Below are positions 12,763 through 23,968 of a stretch of 64,000 nt of DNA, one piece after another. Each line of letters starts with the position of its first letter. Positions within the stretch are counted from its first letter, which is position 1. Made by a program: the position numbers and the translations under genes. This DNA comes from Hemiscyllium ocellatum (taxonomy: Eukaryota). A model generated the notes under the pieces. It saw only the letters and a program-made list of their open reading frames with translations, was not told the DNA's origin and did no database searches. The DNA lies in contig NC_083424.1 in NCBI RefSeq assembly GCF_020745735.1, positions 43,324,999-43,388,998 on the forward strand. The letters are read 5' to 3'.

Positions 12763-13223
12763 GGGGGTGTGAATAATTCTTCCTGGCGAAGCAAAATTTT
12801 TTTTTAAACTGTGCTTGCAGTTTTCTCCCCTCCTTTCTGAAAACTGCTGATCATTGTCACAAGGACTGATCATGCTGAAATGCAAAATTGTTTTTTCTTC
12901 AGTATTGAGACTACAACAATGATCAGTGATGAAAAGACAAATTCTTCCTTTGTAGGAGGAAGGAAGGGTGCGTTGAGGCAGCCCAGCCACATTGGCTGGG
13001 GACAGGATCAATCTGTTCATTTACATTTTCCAAAAGGAGGCACTGGACAGCCAATGGGAACCCTGATTGAATTGTTCTCCTCCCACTCCAAGTCAAAAGG
13101 GCATTGAGTTCAACTGTAGTGCATTTGCCACAGCCCTTGCTGAGAAAAATCCTGGTTTTCTTTCTGATCTGTGCCATACAGGAAAGTGCCTTTACCTATG
13201 AGGAAGTCTAGTTTCCCTACATG

Positions 13224-13348
13224 GTAAAAACAATGACTACAGATGCTGGAAACCAGATTCTGGATCAGTGGTGCTGGAAGAGCACAGCAGTTCAGGCAGC
13301 ATCCAACGAGCAGCAAAATCGACATTTCGGGCAAAAGCCCTTCATCAG
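13224..13348 (-). mobile_element. Penelope-like micro-insertion (family A)
   Basis: 14-bp TSD agtttccctacatg at 13210-13223 and 13347-13360. Confidence 0.85.
13318..13348 (-). ncRNA. Minimal type-I hammerhead ribozyme motif
   Basis: Minus strand CUGAUGA-A-GGGC-UUUU-GCCC-GAAAU-GUC; perfect stem II; activity unknown. Confidence 0.55.
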
Positions 13349-13481
13349 TTTCCCTACATGTCTTCCCTCCAGAACAACCCCTTAGTTTGTTTCATCCTAG
13401 TTCCACCTAAAATGAGAGATTATGTGTAAAGCACAGTTTGTAGTATCATGGAACACTATAAAGGACTGTGTAATATAGTAA

Positions 13482-13696
13482 CCTGTCTGCGTTGGTTTCC
13501 TCTGAGTACTCCGGTTTTGTCCCACAGTCCAAAGATATGCAGGTCAGGTGAATTGGTCATGCTAAATTGCCCATAGTGTTAGGAGCATTAGTCAGAGGGA
13601 AATGGGTCTGGGTGGGTTACCCTTTTGGAGGGTCGGTGTGGACTTGTTGGGCTGAAGGGCCTGTTTCCACACTGTAGAGAATCTAATCTAATCTAA
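13482..13696 (+). mobile_element. HE1 SINE, 5'-truncated
   Basis: V-domain and ggcctgtttccacactgtag...aatctaatctaatc tail. Confidence 0.85.
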
Positions 13697-14096
13697 TAAC
13701 AGTGTCAGAACAAGGTGGAACCTGGCCCTACTGTGTCAGGTGTCAGACAAGTCCTCTTCTACTCTCTATAGTTTCCAATGTTATTTTTAATAAAGTCTGT
13801 TAATGTTGACTTATCTGAGTGCAGAGCTGATCTTACTACAAATTGTGGTTCAGCAAATGTGACTAACTTCATGCTGACTAATTCTCATATACATCATAAT
13901 CCAAATCACCTAACCTCTTACAAGGACATTGTTGTTAAGAATGTATTGAAAGTGGACATACCTTTGCAATAAATAGTCGTAACACCTGATTAAAAATTTA
14001 ACAAACATAGACAATTGATTTGTTTTGGTGAAATTATAGCATTATACTGCAATTAATAGGGAACCAGTGGGAAATGGAGTTATTTTACCCATTGCT

Positions 14097-14430
14097 TAGA
14101 TTAGATTACTTACAGTGTGGAAACAGGCCCTTCGGCCCAACAAGTCCACATCGACCCGCCGAAGCGCAACCCACCCATACCCCTACCCCTTACCTAACAC
14201 TACGGGCAATTTAGCATGGCCAATTCACCTGACCCGCACATCTTTGGATTGTGGGAGAAAACCGGAGCACCCGGAGGAAACCCACGCAGACACAGGGAGA
14301 ATGTGCAAACTCCACACAGTCAGTCGCCTGAGTCGGGAATTGAACCCGGGTCTCAGGCGTTGTGAGGCAGCAGTGCTAACCACTGTGCCACCGTGCCGCC
14401 CACGCCACTGTGCCACCGTGCTGCCCACGT
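14097..14430 (-). mobile_element. HE1 SINE (left arm of head-to-head pair)
   Basis: Full-length; the 5' 25 bp are duplicated at about 14380-14429. Confidence 0.9.
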
Positions 14431-14433
14431 AGG

Positions 14434-14731
14434 AGGTACAGTGGCACAGTGGTTAGCACTGGTGTCTCACAGCGCCTGAGACCTGTGTTCAATTCCCGCC
14501 TCAGGCGACTGACTGTGTGGAGTTTGCACGTTCTCCCCGTGTCTGTGTGGGTTTCCTCCGGGTGCTCCAGTTTCCTCCCACTGTGTGCGGGTCAGGTGAA
14601 CTGGCCAGGCTAAATTGCCCGTAGTGTTGGTTAAGGGGTAAATGTAGGGGTACGGGTGGGTTGCGCTTCAGCGGGTCGGTGTGGACTTGTTGGGCCGAAG
14701 GGTCTGTTTCCACACTGTAAGTAATCTAATT
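14434..14731 (+). mobile_element. HE1 SINE (right arm of head-to-head pair)
   Basis: gtggcacagtggttagcact...cacactgtaagtaatctaat. Confidence 0.9.
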
Positions 14732-15110
14732 CTATATGGAGTCTGACTAAAGTTAGAGAAGAATGAGGACAACTTGTTTACATGTAGCTACCTCTGGATG
14801 AGGCAACTTGGAGTTTAGTTTAGTGATAGTATTTACATACGGAAGGCTGCACATTGAAATATACATTTATTTCAGTCAGATAAGCAGATCATGGTGGTTT
14901 ATATCGACAATGATAACATTAGCAAAAAGTTGGTAAGCAAAAAGCATTAGTAAAAAAAAATATAAGGAACACTGTCTGCTTGTTTTTTTTTTAACAGTAA
15001 CTAAGTCAGATGTACCACTCCTTGAATGGATTATGAAACTTTGGGTTACAGAATCAGCTGTACTGTAGTTTATGTTTCTCCTCTATTTCCCGCAACAGTA
15101 AACTCTGTAA

Positions 15111-15418
15111 GATTAGATTCCCTAAAGTGTGGAAACAGGCCCTTCGGCCCAACAAGTCCACACCGACCCTCTGAAGAATAACCCACTCAGACCCATTTCC
15201 CTCTGACTGATATACCTAACACTGTGGGCAACTTAACTTGGCCAATTCACCTGACATCTTTGGACTGTGGGAGGAAACTGGAACACCTTGAGAAAACCCA
15301 CGCATACACAGGGAGAATGTGCAAACTCTACATGGATAGTCGCTTGAGGTTGGAATCAATCCTGGGACCCTGGTGCTGTGAGGCAACAGTGCTAATCACA
15401 AAGCCACCATGCTGCCCT
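15111..15418 (-). mobile_element. HE1 SINE
   Basis: Same head, V-domain and tail as other copies. Confidence 0.88.
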
Positions 15419-15534
15419 AAGCACTGACTGTATTCCAGCACTATATTCATGTAAATCTTAATAGCAAACTGTGTACAGGTAGTAGTACCTTGCTTAACAC
15501 AGTTTTGCCATAAAGTGGTTTATTTAATTTCTAG

Positions 15535-15751
15535 TCAACCTATTCAAAGATATTACTGTATGCCACTGGAGCAGACGGGACGTCAATCTGGGCCTCCTAA
15601 CTCAGAAGTAGGGACAGTACCTCTGCAGCAAGAGAGCCCTAAAGATCTGACTGTGGTAGATATTTCCTTATCAGCCTGCTCAGTGACAATATGACACACC
15701 TCAGTAGCAAGTGAGACTTGAACTCAGGCCTCCTGGATTAGAGATAGGATC
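15535..15751 (-). repeat. Tandem pair of a short tRNA-derived element; second unit continues at 16492-16518
   Basis: Units resemble gagcaggtgggacttgaa...gggcctcct...gggacactaccactgtgcc, also at 25420-25625 and 57220-57312. Confidence 0.6.
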
Positions 15752-16482
15752 GTTGTTGTGGTTCTGTCGCCGAGCTGGGAATTTGTGTTGCAGACGTTTC
15801 GTCCCCTGTCTAGGTGACATCCTCAGTGCTTGGGAGCCTCCTGTGAAGCGCTTCTGTGATGTTGCCTCTGGCATTATAGTGGTTTGTCTCTGCCACTTCC
15901 GGTTGTCAGTTCCAGCTGTCCGCTGCAGTGGCCGATATATTGGATCCAGGTCGATGTGTTTGTTGATAGAGTCAATGGATGAGTGTCATGCCTCTAGGAA
16001 TTCCCTGGCTGTTCTCTGTTTGGCTTGTCCAATAATAGTAGTGTTGTCCCAGTCGAACTAATGTTGCTTGTCATCTGCGTGTGTGGCTACTAAGGATAGC
16101 TGCTCATGTCGTTTTGTGACTAGTTGGTGTTCATGGAGGCGGATCATTAGCTGTCTTCCTGTTTGTCTTATTTAGTGTTTCGTGCAGTTCTTGCATGGGA
16201 TTTTGTACACTACATTGGTTTTGCTTATGCTGGGTATCAGGTCCTTCATCCTGGTGAGTTGTTGTCTGAGAGTGGCTGTTGGTTTGTGTGCTGTTATGAG
16301 TCCTAGTGGTCGCAGTAGTCTGGCTGTCAGTTCAGAAGTGTTTTTGATGTATGGTAGTGTGGCTAGTCCTTTGGGTTGTGGCATGTCCACATTCCGTTGT
16401 CTTTCCCTTAGGCACCTGTTGATGAAATTGCGGGGGTATCCATTTTGGCGAATACATTGTATAAGTGTTCTTCTTCCTCTGT
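15752..16482 (-). mobile_element. 5'-truncated Penelope-like retroelement (Poseidon-type) with GIY-YIG endonuclease remnant
   Basis: Minus-strand translation LPYIKNTSE...NVVYKIPCKNCTKH*IGQTGRQL...HEH...FDWDNTTII...REFLEAWHS; 9-bp TSD gataggatc at 15743-15751 and 16483-16491. Confidence 0.9.
15790..15829 (-). ncRNA. Minimal type-I hammerhead ribozyme motif in the PLE 3' end
   Basis: GCA-CUGAGGA-U-GUCACCU-AGAC-AGGGGAC-GAAAC-GUC-UGC: stem I GCA/UGC, stem II, palindromic ACGU stem III. Confidence 0.7.
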
Positions 16483-16816
16483 GATAGGATCACTACCACT
16501 GTGCCATAGAAGCCCCTCAGACAACATGGTTTATACTAAACAGCCAATCATTCCCATAACGCATGCCTGATTTGTAATAATGTGCCTCTTACCTACTCTT
16601 GGTATAGCAGAGGAATAAAGACATGGCAAAACTCAACATTTTTGGCCAAATTCCTGTTCCTTCAGCTCATATTGGCTGTTGACTACCTCAATTAAGGCAG
16701 GATAAGTCTTTTAGAACTTTTTCCTAAGGACACTCAGTTCCCCCACCATCTCCAAAGCAGGAACCTGATGATCCTCAACCTTTAACTTGAAGAGCTACGG
16801 ATGAGTTGGTTTTAGG

Positions 16817-17122
16817 TTAGATTACTTACAGTGTGGAAACAGGCCCTTTGGCCTAACAAGTCCACACCGACGCGCAACCCACCCAAACCAATTCCCCTGC
16901 ATTTACCCCTTCACCTAACACTACGGGTAATTTAGCCTGGCCAATTCACCTAACCTGCACATTTTTGGACTGTGGGAGGAAACCGGAGCACCCGGAGGAA
17001 ACCCACACAGACATGGGGAGAATGTGCAAACTCCACACAGAGAGTTGCCTGAGGCGGGAATTGAATCCGGGTCTCAGGCGCTGTGAGGTAGTAGTGCTAA
17101 CCACTGTGCCACCGTGCCACCC
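16817..17122 (-). mobile_element. HE1 SINE
   Basis: Full-length copy. Confidence 0.9.
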
Positions 17123-17261
17123 ACTAAGATCCACAGTTGAAGATCCATAGTTTCCCACCACCAGAGAAGCAATCTTTGTTGATCCAGCAAGAAGCCAAAC
17201 TATTCTTTTTGCATATTTTCATATATATTTTTGTGCTTTATGTTAAAGTTGTGCTTGTGTT

Positions 17262-17838
17262 ATAGAGTCATAAAGTCATAGAGATGTAAGCACAGAAACA
17301 GACCGTTCGGTCCAACATGTCCATGCCGACCAGATATCCCAACCTAATTGTACCAGCCTTCACCACTTCCTCTGGCAACTCATTCCATACATGCACCACC
17401 CTCTGTGTGAAAACGTTGCTCCTTAGGTCCCTTTTACATCTTTCCCCTCTCAACCTAAACCTATGCCCCCTAGCTCTGGATCCCCACCCCAGGGAAAAGA
17501 CCTTGTCTACTTATCCTATCCATGCCCCTCATGATTTTATAAACATCTATGAAGTCACCCCTCAATTTCAGCACACCAGAGAAAGCAGCCTCAGCCTATT
17601 CAACCTCTCCCTCTAGCTCAAATCCTCCAACACTGGGAATGTCCTTGTAAATCTTTTCTGAACCCTTTCAAGTTTCACAATATCATTCCAATAGAAAGAC
17701 CAGAATTGCATGCAGCATTCCAGAAGTGGCCCAGCCAACGTCCTGTACAGCCGCAACATGACTTCCCAATTCCTATACTCAATGTTCTGACCAGTAAAGG
17801 AAAGCATACCAAATGCCTTCTTCACTATCCTATCTACC
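17262..17838 (-). mobile_element. CR1/HER1 LINE 3' fragment
   Basis: KKAFGMLSF...LERVQKRFTR and FTQRVVHVWNELPEEVV motifs. Confidence 0.9.
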
Positions 17839-19189
17839 TATTCTGTACATGTTTGATGGTCTGGGAATGTAATGTGGACATTCACATGGATTTCTATGGG
17901 AATGTGTCTTGAATAATGTGCTCTTGCTTGACCCAGTGATTTTCAGGAACATGGCCACTGCATTTATTGGGGATAACTGTAATTGTCTATATTGCCAATC
18001 CTGGTCCTGTCATCCACCTGCACAGACTTCCATCAGTTAGACTGCCGGCTGCCTTCATTTTTTAAATCTGGATTATTATAATGAACCCCCAGTGCAGACT
18101 GGAGATTGTACCTTGAACCTTTGCGTTCTGTATAGTTCAGACATCAAATATTGTTTTCAAACCAATGCTACAGTGGGATATAAGTCATTTTCTCAGGTCT
18201 TCCTGACAGTCATTATTTGAATGTGCTTGGGAGTTGCAGATGGGCATCCTGCAGGAAACTGAAGATTCACTGGGCAATTCCTGTATCCTTGGAAAATCTT
18301 CATTTAAATGAGAGAATTCAGAGGGTTCCGAAGAAATTAACTGAATAGTTACTCAGAAAAAGTAAATACCTAGTTTAGCTTCTGAATAAGTATTAAACTG
18401 AACCCATACTTATTTCACACACCCTTCAGCCTGTTCCACTCCCTCAGACCCTGACCTGACGGCCCCTTCTCTCCCCCAAGGACTCAACACCTCCACTCAC
18501 CTCGAGATCCGAAATTCCCTTCCCCCACGATGGACCCAATCTGCCTCCTCCAATTCTGCTCTCTTTCCCCCACTCCCCGGGACCACCCACCTTGATCACT
18601 GCATCACTCACCTGGCCTCAGTCACCCTATCCCCTGACAACATAGCCCTACATACCACATTAAACACGTTTAGCACTCTATATCCAACCCCCTACACCGC
18701 ACCCAATCATTGACATTCTATCTGCATGGTACCCTAACCTCTACTACTTGACACCCTACTTCCCATATCCTAATCACCTATTCAACTGATACCCTTCCTG
18801 CTTGACACCCTAGCCTCACACTTACTTTTTGTGCTTATTGTTTGAGTGTAGCTGCCAAGTGGTTATCTGTGACTCTGGATCTTTACATTTCAGAGTATGG
18901 CAACTGACTGCTCTGTAAAATGGACCATATTTTGCCTCCCCCAAACATTTCCACTCTACAAGGGCACTGTCAGAATAGATAGAACCTGATCGGAATCTCC
19001 TGTGTGAAATGCAGAGTTCTCTTGTTTCATTTCGTTACTAACTACTGTGAAGAATATCCTGTACTTGCATAAATTGTGTTAGACATTTATGCGTATATGT
19101 GTATATAAATATAAAATCCCTAGAATTTCTGCTGCATTAACCTAATCACTTGAGTAGTAATAATTGGTTTCTGTACCCTTGGCTTCCTG

Positions 19190-19850
19190 GAATGAAATCA
19201 GAAATGAAAATAAAAAATGCTCAAAATACTCAGCAGATCAGGCAGCATTTGTGGAGCAGAACAGAGTTGACATTTCAGGTTGATGAATTGAGGAAAGAGA
19301 GAAATATCATTAATTTCGACAAGTATTTTGGGGAAGGGAGTGGGAAGATTGAAAGGGTGGTTCGTACTAGGGTGGAGGGTAAGAGAAGTGAAATGCCAAA
19401 ATGTTTTGTGGGACAAAAGCCGAAGAGAGTGGTGTTGGGACAAATAAAGAAACAGAAGATGTTCAATGGTAGGATAGCGGCTGAATGCAAAGTGAAGGAA
19501 TAAATGATTTGGAGATGCCAGTGTTGGACTGGAGTGTACAAAGTTAAAAATCACACACCAGGTTATAGTCTAACAAGTTTAATTGGAAGCACTAGCTTTT
19601 GTAGCGCTGCTCCTCACAACGACCTGATGAAGGAGCTGTGCTCCAAAAGCTAGTGCTTCCAAATAAACCTGTTGGACTATAACCTGGTGTTGTGTGATTT
19701 TTAACTTTGCAGGAATAAAGAAAGAAACAAGAGAAGAAGAAAAAATTAGTAACAAAAGAAAACATAATACAAGCAGAAGTTGTGATATAAAGCTGTTGAA
19801 CTCAATATTAAGCCCACGAGGCTATTGGATGCTACATTCACTCTGTTAGA
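19190..19850 (-). mobile_element. Decayed family-C PLE containing a family-B fold-back insertion (19505-19707)
   Basis: aatactcagcagatcaggcagcatttgtggag...; inner inverted repeat with TSD tg[a/c]aggaataaa at 19493-19504 and 19708-19719. Confidence 0.65.
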
Positions 19851-21334
19851 TTAGTGAATGACTCCAGGGTTAGGGGCTTCACCCAGAAACATTGCGGGGA
19901 CATAAATAAACAGTAAAGGGCATGAGTCCATTCCGATTGGCTGACCCTTAAACTGACAAATTGATCAAATTCAGCCAGAGTACCAGTTCTGGCAATTTCG
20001 TACACTATGTTGATTTGTCTATCCCAACAACTTTATAATGGTTAGCTGTTCAGCTATTTTTAATGGATGTAAAAAGGTGACCTAGAACAACACAGGAACT
20101 ATTTCAATTTCCATTTCTAAGGTAACCGTTTTGTTCCTTTATGAGCTCCATGGAAACTGTTCCCACTCATTGAATTTGAATACCTTGGAAAAAAGAAAGC
20201 TTTTGTTTCATTCATCTAGACAGATGCAAACTCATCTTGTATAGATGGAGCAATTTTATTTTGGAGCTCAAGGTACAGAATAGACCAAAAATGGGCATGC
20301 AGCAGTATCTTTGTTTGTTTCGGTTTATTTGTTCCTCTTGGCTGCTAGATTTGCCAAGGGATTTGCAATTGTGCTTTTCTATACCAAGACAACAGTCTCT
20401 TCATTCGCTACTTATATTGATAAAGAAACTATGGTTTCTAAAGAAACCAGCACAGTCACCAAGATGATACTTGGCAGTAGTGGCAACACTGACATTTGTT
20501 TGTCATTCAGGAAAATAAGCAATATCATTGTTAAAGGACAAAGAAAGACCTACTTAATGAACTAACTTTGCCCCTTAGTCATCCTAACAGATGTTAGCAT
20601 CTTGCTCCAGGTGTACACATTAAAATGCGGAGGAAAGCCATCATTACTAAAATTGGATGTCAACATACTTTTCTGCTTGATTTCACTTTGATTGAAGTAT
20701 TTTTTAACTAACATCAGTGTGGTTTTGAGCAGTAGGAGCCAAAGACATACCTAGCATGATCAAACCCATTTGAAAAGACTTCTAATTAAACAGTGACACA
20801 CATTTATTGGGTGACAATGCAGATCACCTCAGCTGTTTCTGGTTGACTTTGCTTCATATTATTTTCAAGACTTTGGCACAAAGTTTCAAGGGTTAAAAGA
20901 TGCTGACTGCCATTGGCTTCTCTGGACAGTATAAAGAGGCTGAGATCTATCCTACTGGAAACTTACTGGGAATTTTTACAGCCACCTCCGTTACATTCAT
21001 TAAAATTATGCAAGACAGAAGGAATCCATTGGGTCCTTCAGACCTGTGCTTACCCTTTTAAAGAGCTGTCCTATTAATCCCACTGCCTTGCTCTTTTTCT
21101 AGAGCTTTGAAAATTTGAAATGGTTTTTGTTAGCAGTTTACTGGAATGAATTTCTGCGTATTTGTGTCTCTGTGAGTTGAGAGGGTGGTGATGGGAGTGA
21201 GAGGTGCTTTCAATAAGTACAATAACGAGTTGGGAGTCCACACTGTAAGTAACCTAATCTAATCTAAACTTTGGGCTAATCAAGTACAAGGGCTGAGTCC
21301 AGAAAGCTGGGGGCACAAGTGAGAGGTGGATAAC

Positions 21335-22125
21335 TCACTGCAGCACTAAAGGAGTGTTGCACTGTTGGAGGTGTTGTCTGACAGATGCAGTGTTAAATGA
21401 AAGCCTTGGCTTCTGGTTTCAGGTAGGTGTAGAAGATAGCATGATGCTATTTTGAATGAGAGCAGGGCAGTTTTCCTCAGTCTCCTGGCCAATATTTATT
21501 TCTCAATCACATGACATATTCATAAAGTCATAGAGATGTACAGCATGAAAACAGATCCTTAGGTCCAAACCATCCATGCTGATCAGATATCCTAAATTAA
21601 TCTAGTCCCATTTGCCAACATTTGGCCCATATCCCTCTAAACCCTTCTTCTTCATATACCCATCCAGATGCCTTTTAAATGCTGTCAATGCTGTAAATGC
21701 AGCCTTCATCACCACTGGCAGCTCATTCCATACATGCACCACCCTCTGTGTGAAAACATTGCCCCTCAGGTCCCTTTTAAATCTTTCCCCTCTCACCTTA
21801 AACCTATGCCCTTGAGTTTTGGACTCCCTTACGCTGGGACAAAGACCTTGGCTTTTCATTCTATCTATGCTCCTCATGATTTTACAAGCTTCTATAAGGT
21901 CACCTCTATTCAGCCTATTCAGCTTCTCCATAAAGCTCAAAACCTCCAATTGCGGCAGCATCCTCATAAATCTTTCTGAATCCATTTATGTTTCACAACA
22001 TCCTTCCTGTAGAAGGAAGCCCAGAAATGAACGCAGTATTCTAAAGGTAGCCTAACCAATGTTTATTATGATTTTGCCGTTGGTGAAAGCATGCTGTGTG
22101 CAAATTGGCTGTTAAGGTTCAGAGA
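21335..22125 (+). mobile_element. DeuSINE (SacSINE1/AmnSINE1-like), interrupted by a CR1
   Basis: ggagtgttgcactgttggaggtg...gagcagggcagttttcctcagtctcctggccaatatttat; resumes after 22062 with gctgtgtgcaaattggctg. Confidence 0.7.
21520..22062 (-). mobile_element. CR1/HER1 LINE 3' fragment
   Basis: ORF 21602-21985 RGDLIEACKIMR...GHRFKVRGERFK...WNELP. Confidence 0.9.
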
Positions 22126-23038
22126 TTAATGCTCTTCAATAATATTTAAATAAACAGAAAAAGTGATGGAAACAGGGAGAAACAGTTCATGTTTAAGGTA
22201 GTTAGTGACCTTCCAATATTTCTAGAAGAAAATAGCAATGGAATAACTTTTATGTGTTAGAATGGTGGGGGTGAGGGAACGGAGGGGAAGAAGTTGATTG
22301 AAAAAACACAAGAGGAAGAGTCCGTGATAGACACTGAATGACAAAAGAGCCAAAGAAGGTAGTAATGATGCCACCTCCGTGGGAAAATCAATCTCGCAGT
22401 GATTTAAATGACAAACTTTAAGTAACTTCAGTTAGATTCTTTCATCCACCCACCAATCTGTCCACAATGCACGGTCTAAGATTTTGTCAAAGCTGCAGCA
22501 TGGTGATAAATTCTGCAGTGTCAAAATGTGCTCAACAACTGGTTTGTTAATTTTCTGATTTCTGGTTCTCAATGTGTGCCTTTCAGCTATCTCCAGTCGT
22601 TCAGGATTGAAACCATTCTCCAGCTTATTCACTTTTTGAAAGACAAATCTTTTCCCTTGTTGGGAGCAAATGGCCTCACGTCTGAGCCAATTGGCGTTGG
22701 CAAAATTGCTTTCTTGCACTCACTCTAATCTGAGATTGAACCATTTGCATTCAACTTCAAATGTGAATGTATTTTAAACTCTGAAAAATGTGTCCATTCT
22801 TTGAGTGCATGATTCCTGTCATATGTCGATAGCATTCTGGTGTACCTCTGGTCCAGCCACAATATCCTATTTCAGTAACCAATAAATACCTCACTGCGTT
22901 TTCCATTACAGTGGGACAGATGGAGCCAAGGCAGGACAAACTCACCCAAAGTCCGTCAAGTCAGTAGTTGAGTCAGATGCACACTCAGACCCACAGAAGC
23001 CTATTCAAACAAGTGCAGTCACATAATATCAGGTGATG

Positions 23039-23134
23039 GATTCCTGATGACCAGCTTATGCTTGAAACATCGACTCTCCTGCTCCTTGGATGTTGCCTGA
23101 CCGGCTGTGCTTTTCTAGCATCACACTCTTCGAC
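23039..23134 (+). mobile_element. Penelope-like micro-insertion (family A)
   Basis: 14-bp TSD aatatcaggtgatg at 23025-23038 and 23135-23148; starts gattcCTGATGA. Confidence 0.8.
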
Positions 23135-23339
23135 AATATCAGGTGATGTTCAACACAATTCAGTCAACATTTGTGCCGTATTAGTGAGTCGGTCACTGAG
23201 AGCCAGTAAATCTCATTTATCACGTTCCCTTATGTCTTTTTGTACCTTCATCCCACCTGGTGCCAAAATGTGTTAGATCTTGGGGAGGGATGCTGTAAAC
23301 AAAGAAAAACATGAAGATGGCCAGTTCGCATGTTCGCAG

Positions 23340-23968
23340 TGCAAATTCATAACAAATGAGCACATTCCAATTTTATCTCAAGAAGGTTGGTATATAAAAG
23401 CAGCAACGTGCTTCTGAGACTTTATAAAGCTCTAGTTAGGCCCCATTTAGAATACTGTGTCCAGTTTTGGGCCCCACACCTCAGGAAGGACATACCGGCA
23501 CCAGAGCATGTCCAGTGGAGATTCACACGGATGATCCCTGGAATGTAGGCCTAACATATGATGATCGGCTAAGGATCCTGGGATTGTATTTGTTAGAGTT
23601 TAGAAGGTTGAGGGGAGATCTAATCGAAACTTACAAGATAATGCATGACTTAGAAAGGGTGGATGCTGGGAAGTTGTTTCCGTTAGGCTGGGAGATTAGG
23701 ACCCGTGGGCACAGCCTTAAAATTAGAGAGGGTCAATTTAGAATGGAAATGAGGAGACATTTCTTCAGCCAGAGAGTGGTGAGCGCAGTGGAGGCCAGGA
23801 CGTTGGGTGTCTTCAAGGCAGAGTTTGATAAATTCTTGATCTTGCAAGGAATTAAGGACTACAGGGAAAGTGCGGGAAATTGGAATTGAAACGCCCATCA
23901 GCCATGATTAAACGGTGGAGTGGACTCGATGGGCCGAATAGCCTTGCTTCCACTCCTATGTTTTATAA
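23340..23968 (+). mobile_element. CR1 LINE 3' fragment
   Basis: LGLYLLEFRRLRGDLIETYKIM...TRGHSLK...FFSQRVV. Confidence 0.9.

Noticed and set aside
14434-14505. tRNA-like sequences (A and B boxes)
   Set aside because: SINE heads continuing into V-domain bodies, not tRNA genes.
22432-22728. 95-aa minus ORF and nearby CCAAT palindrome
   Set aside because: No recognisable homology, splice context or promoter features.
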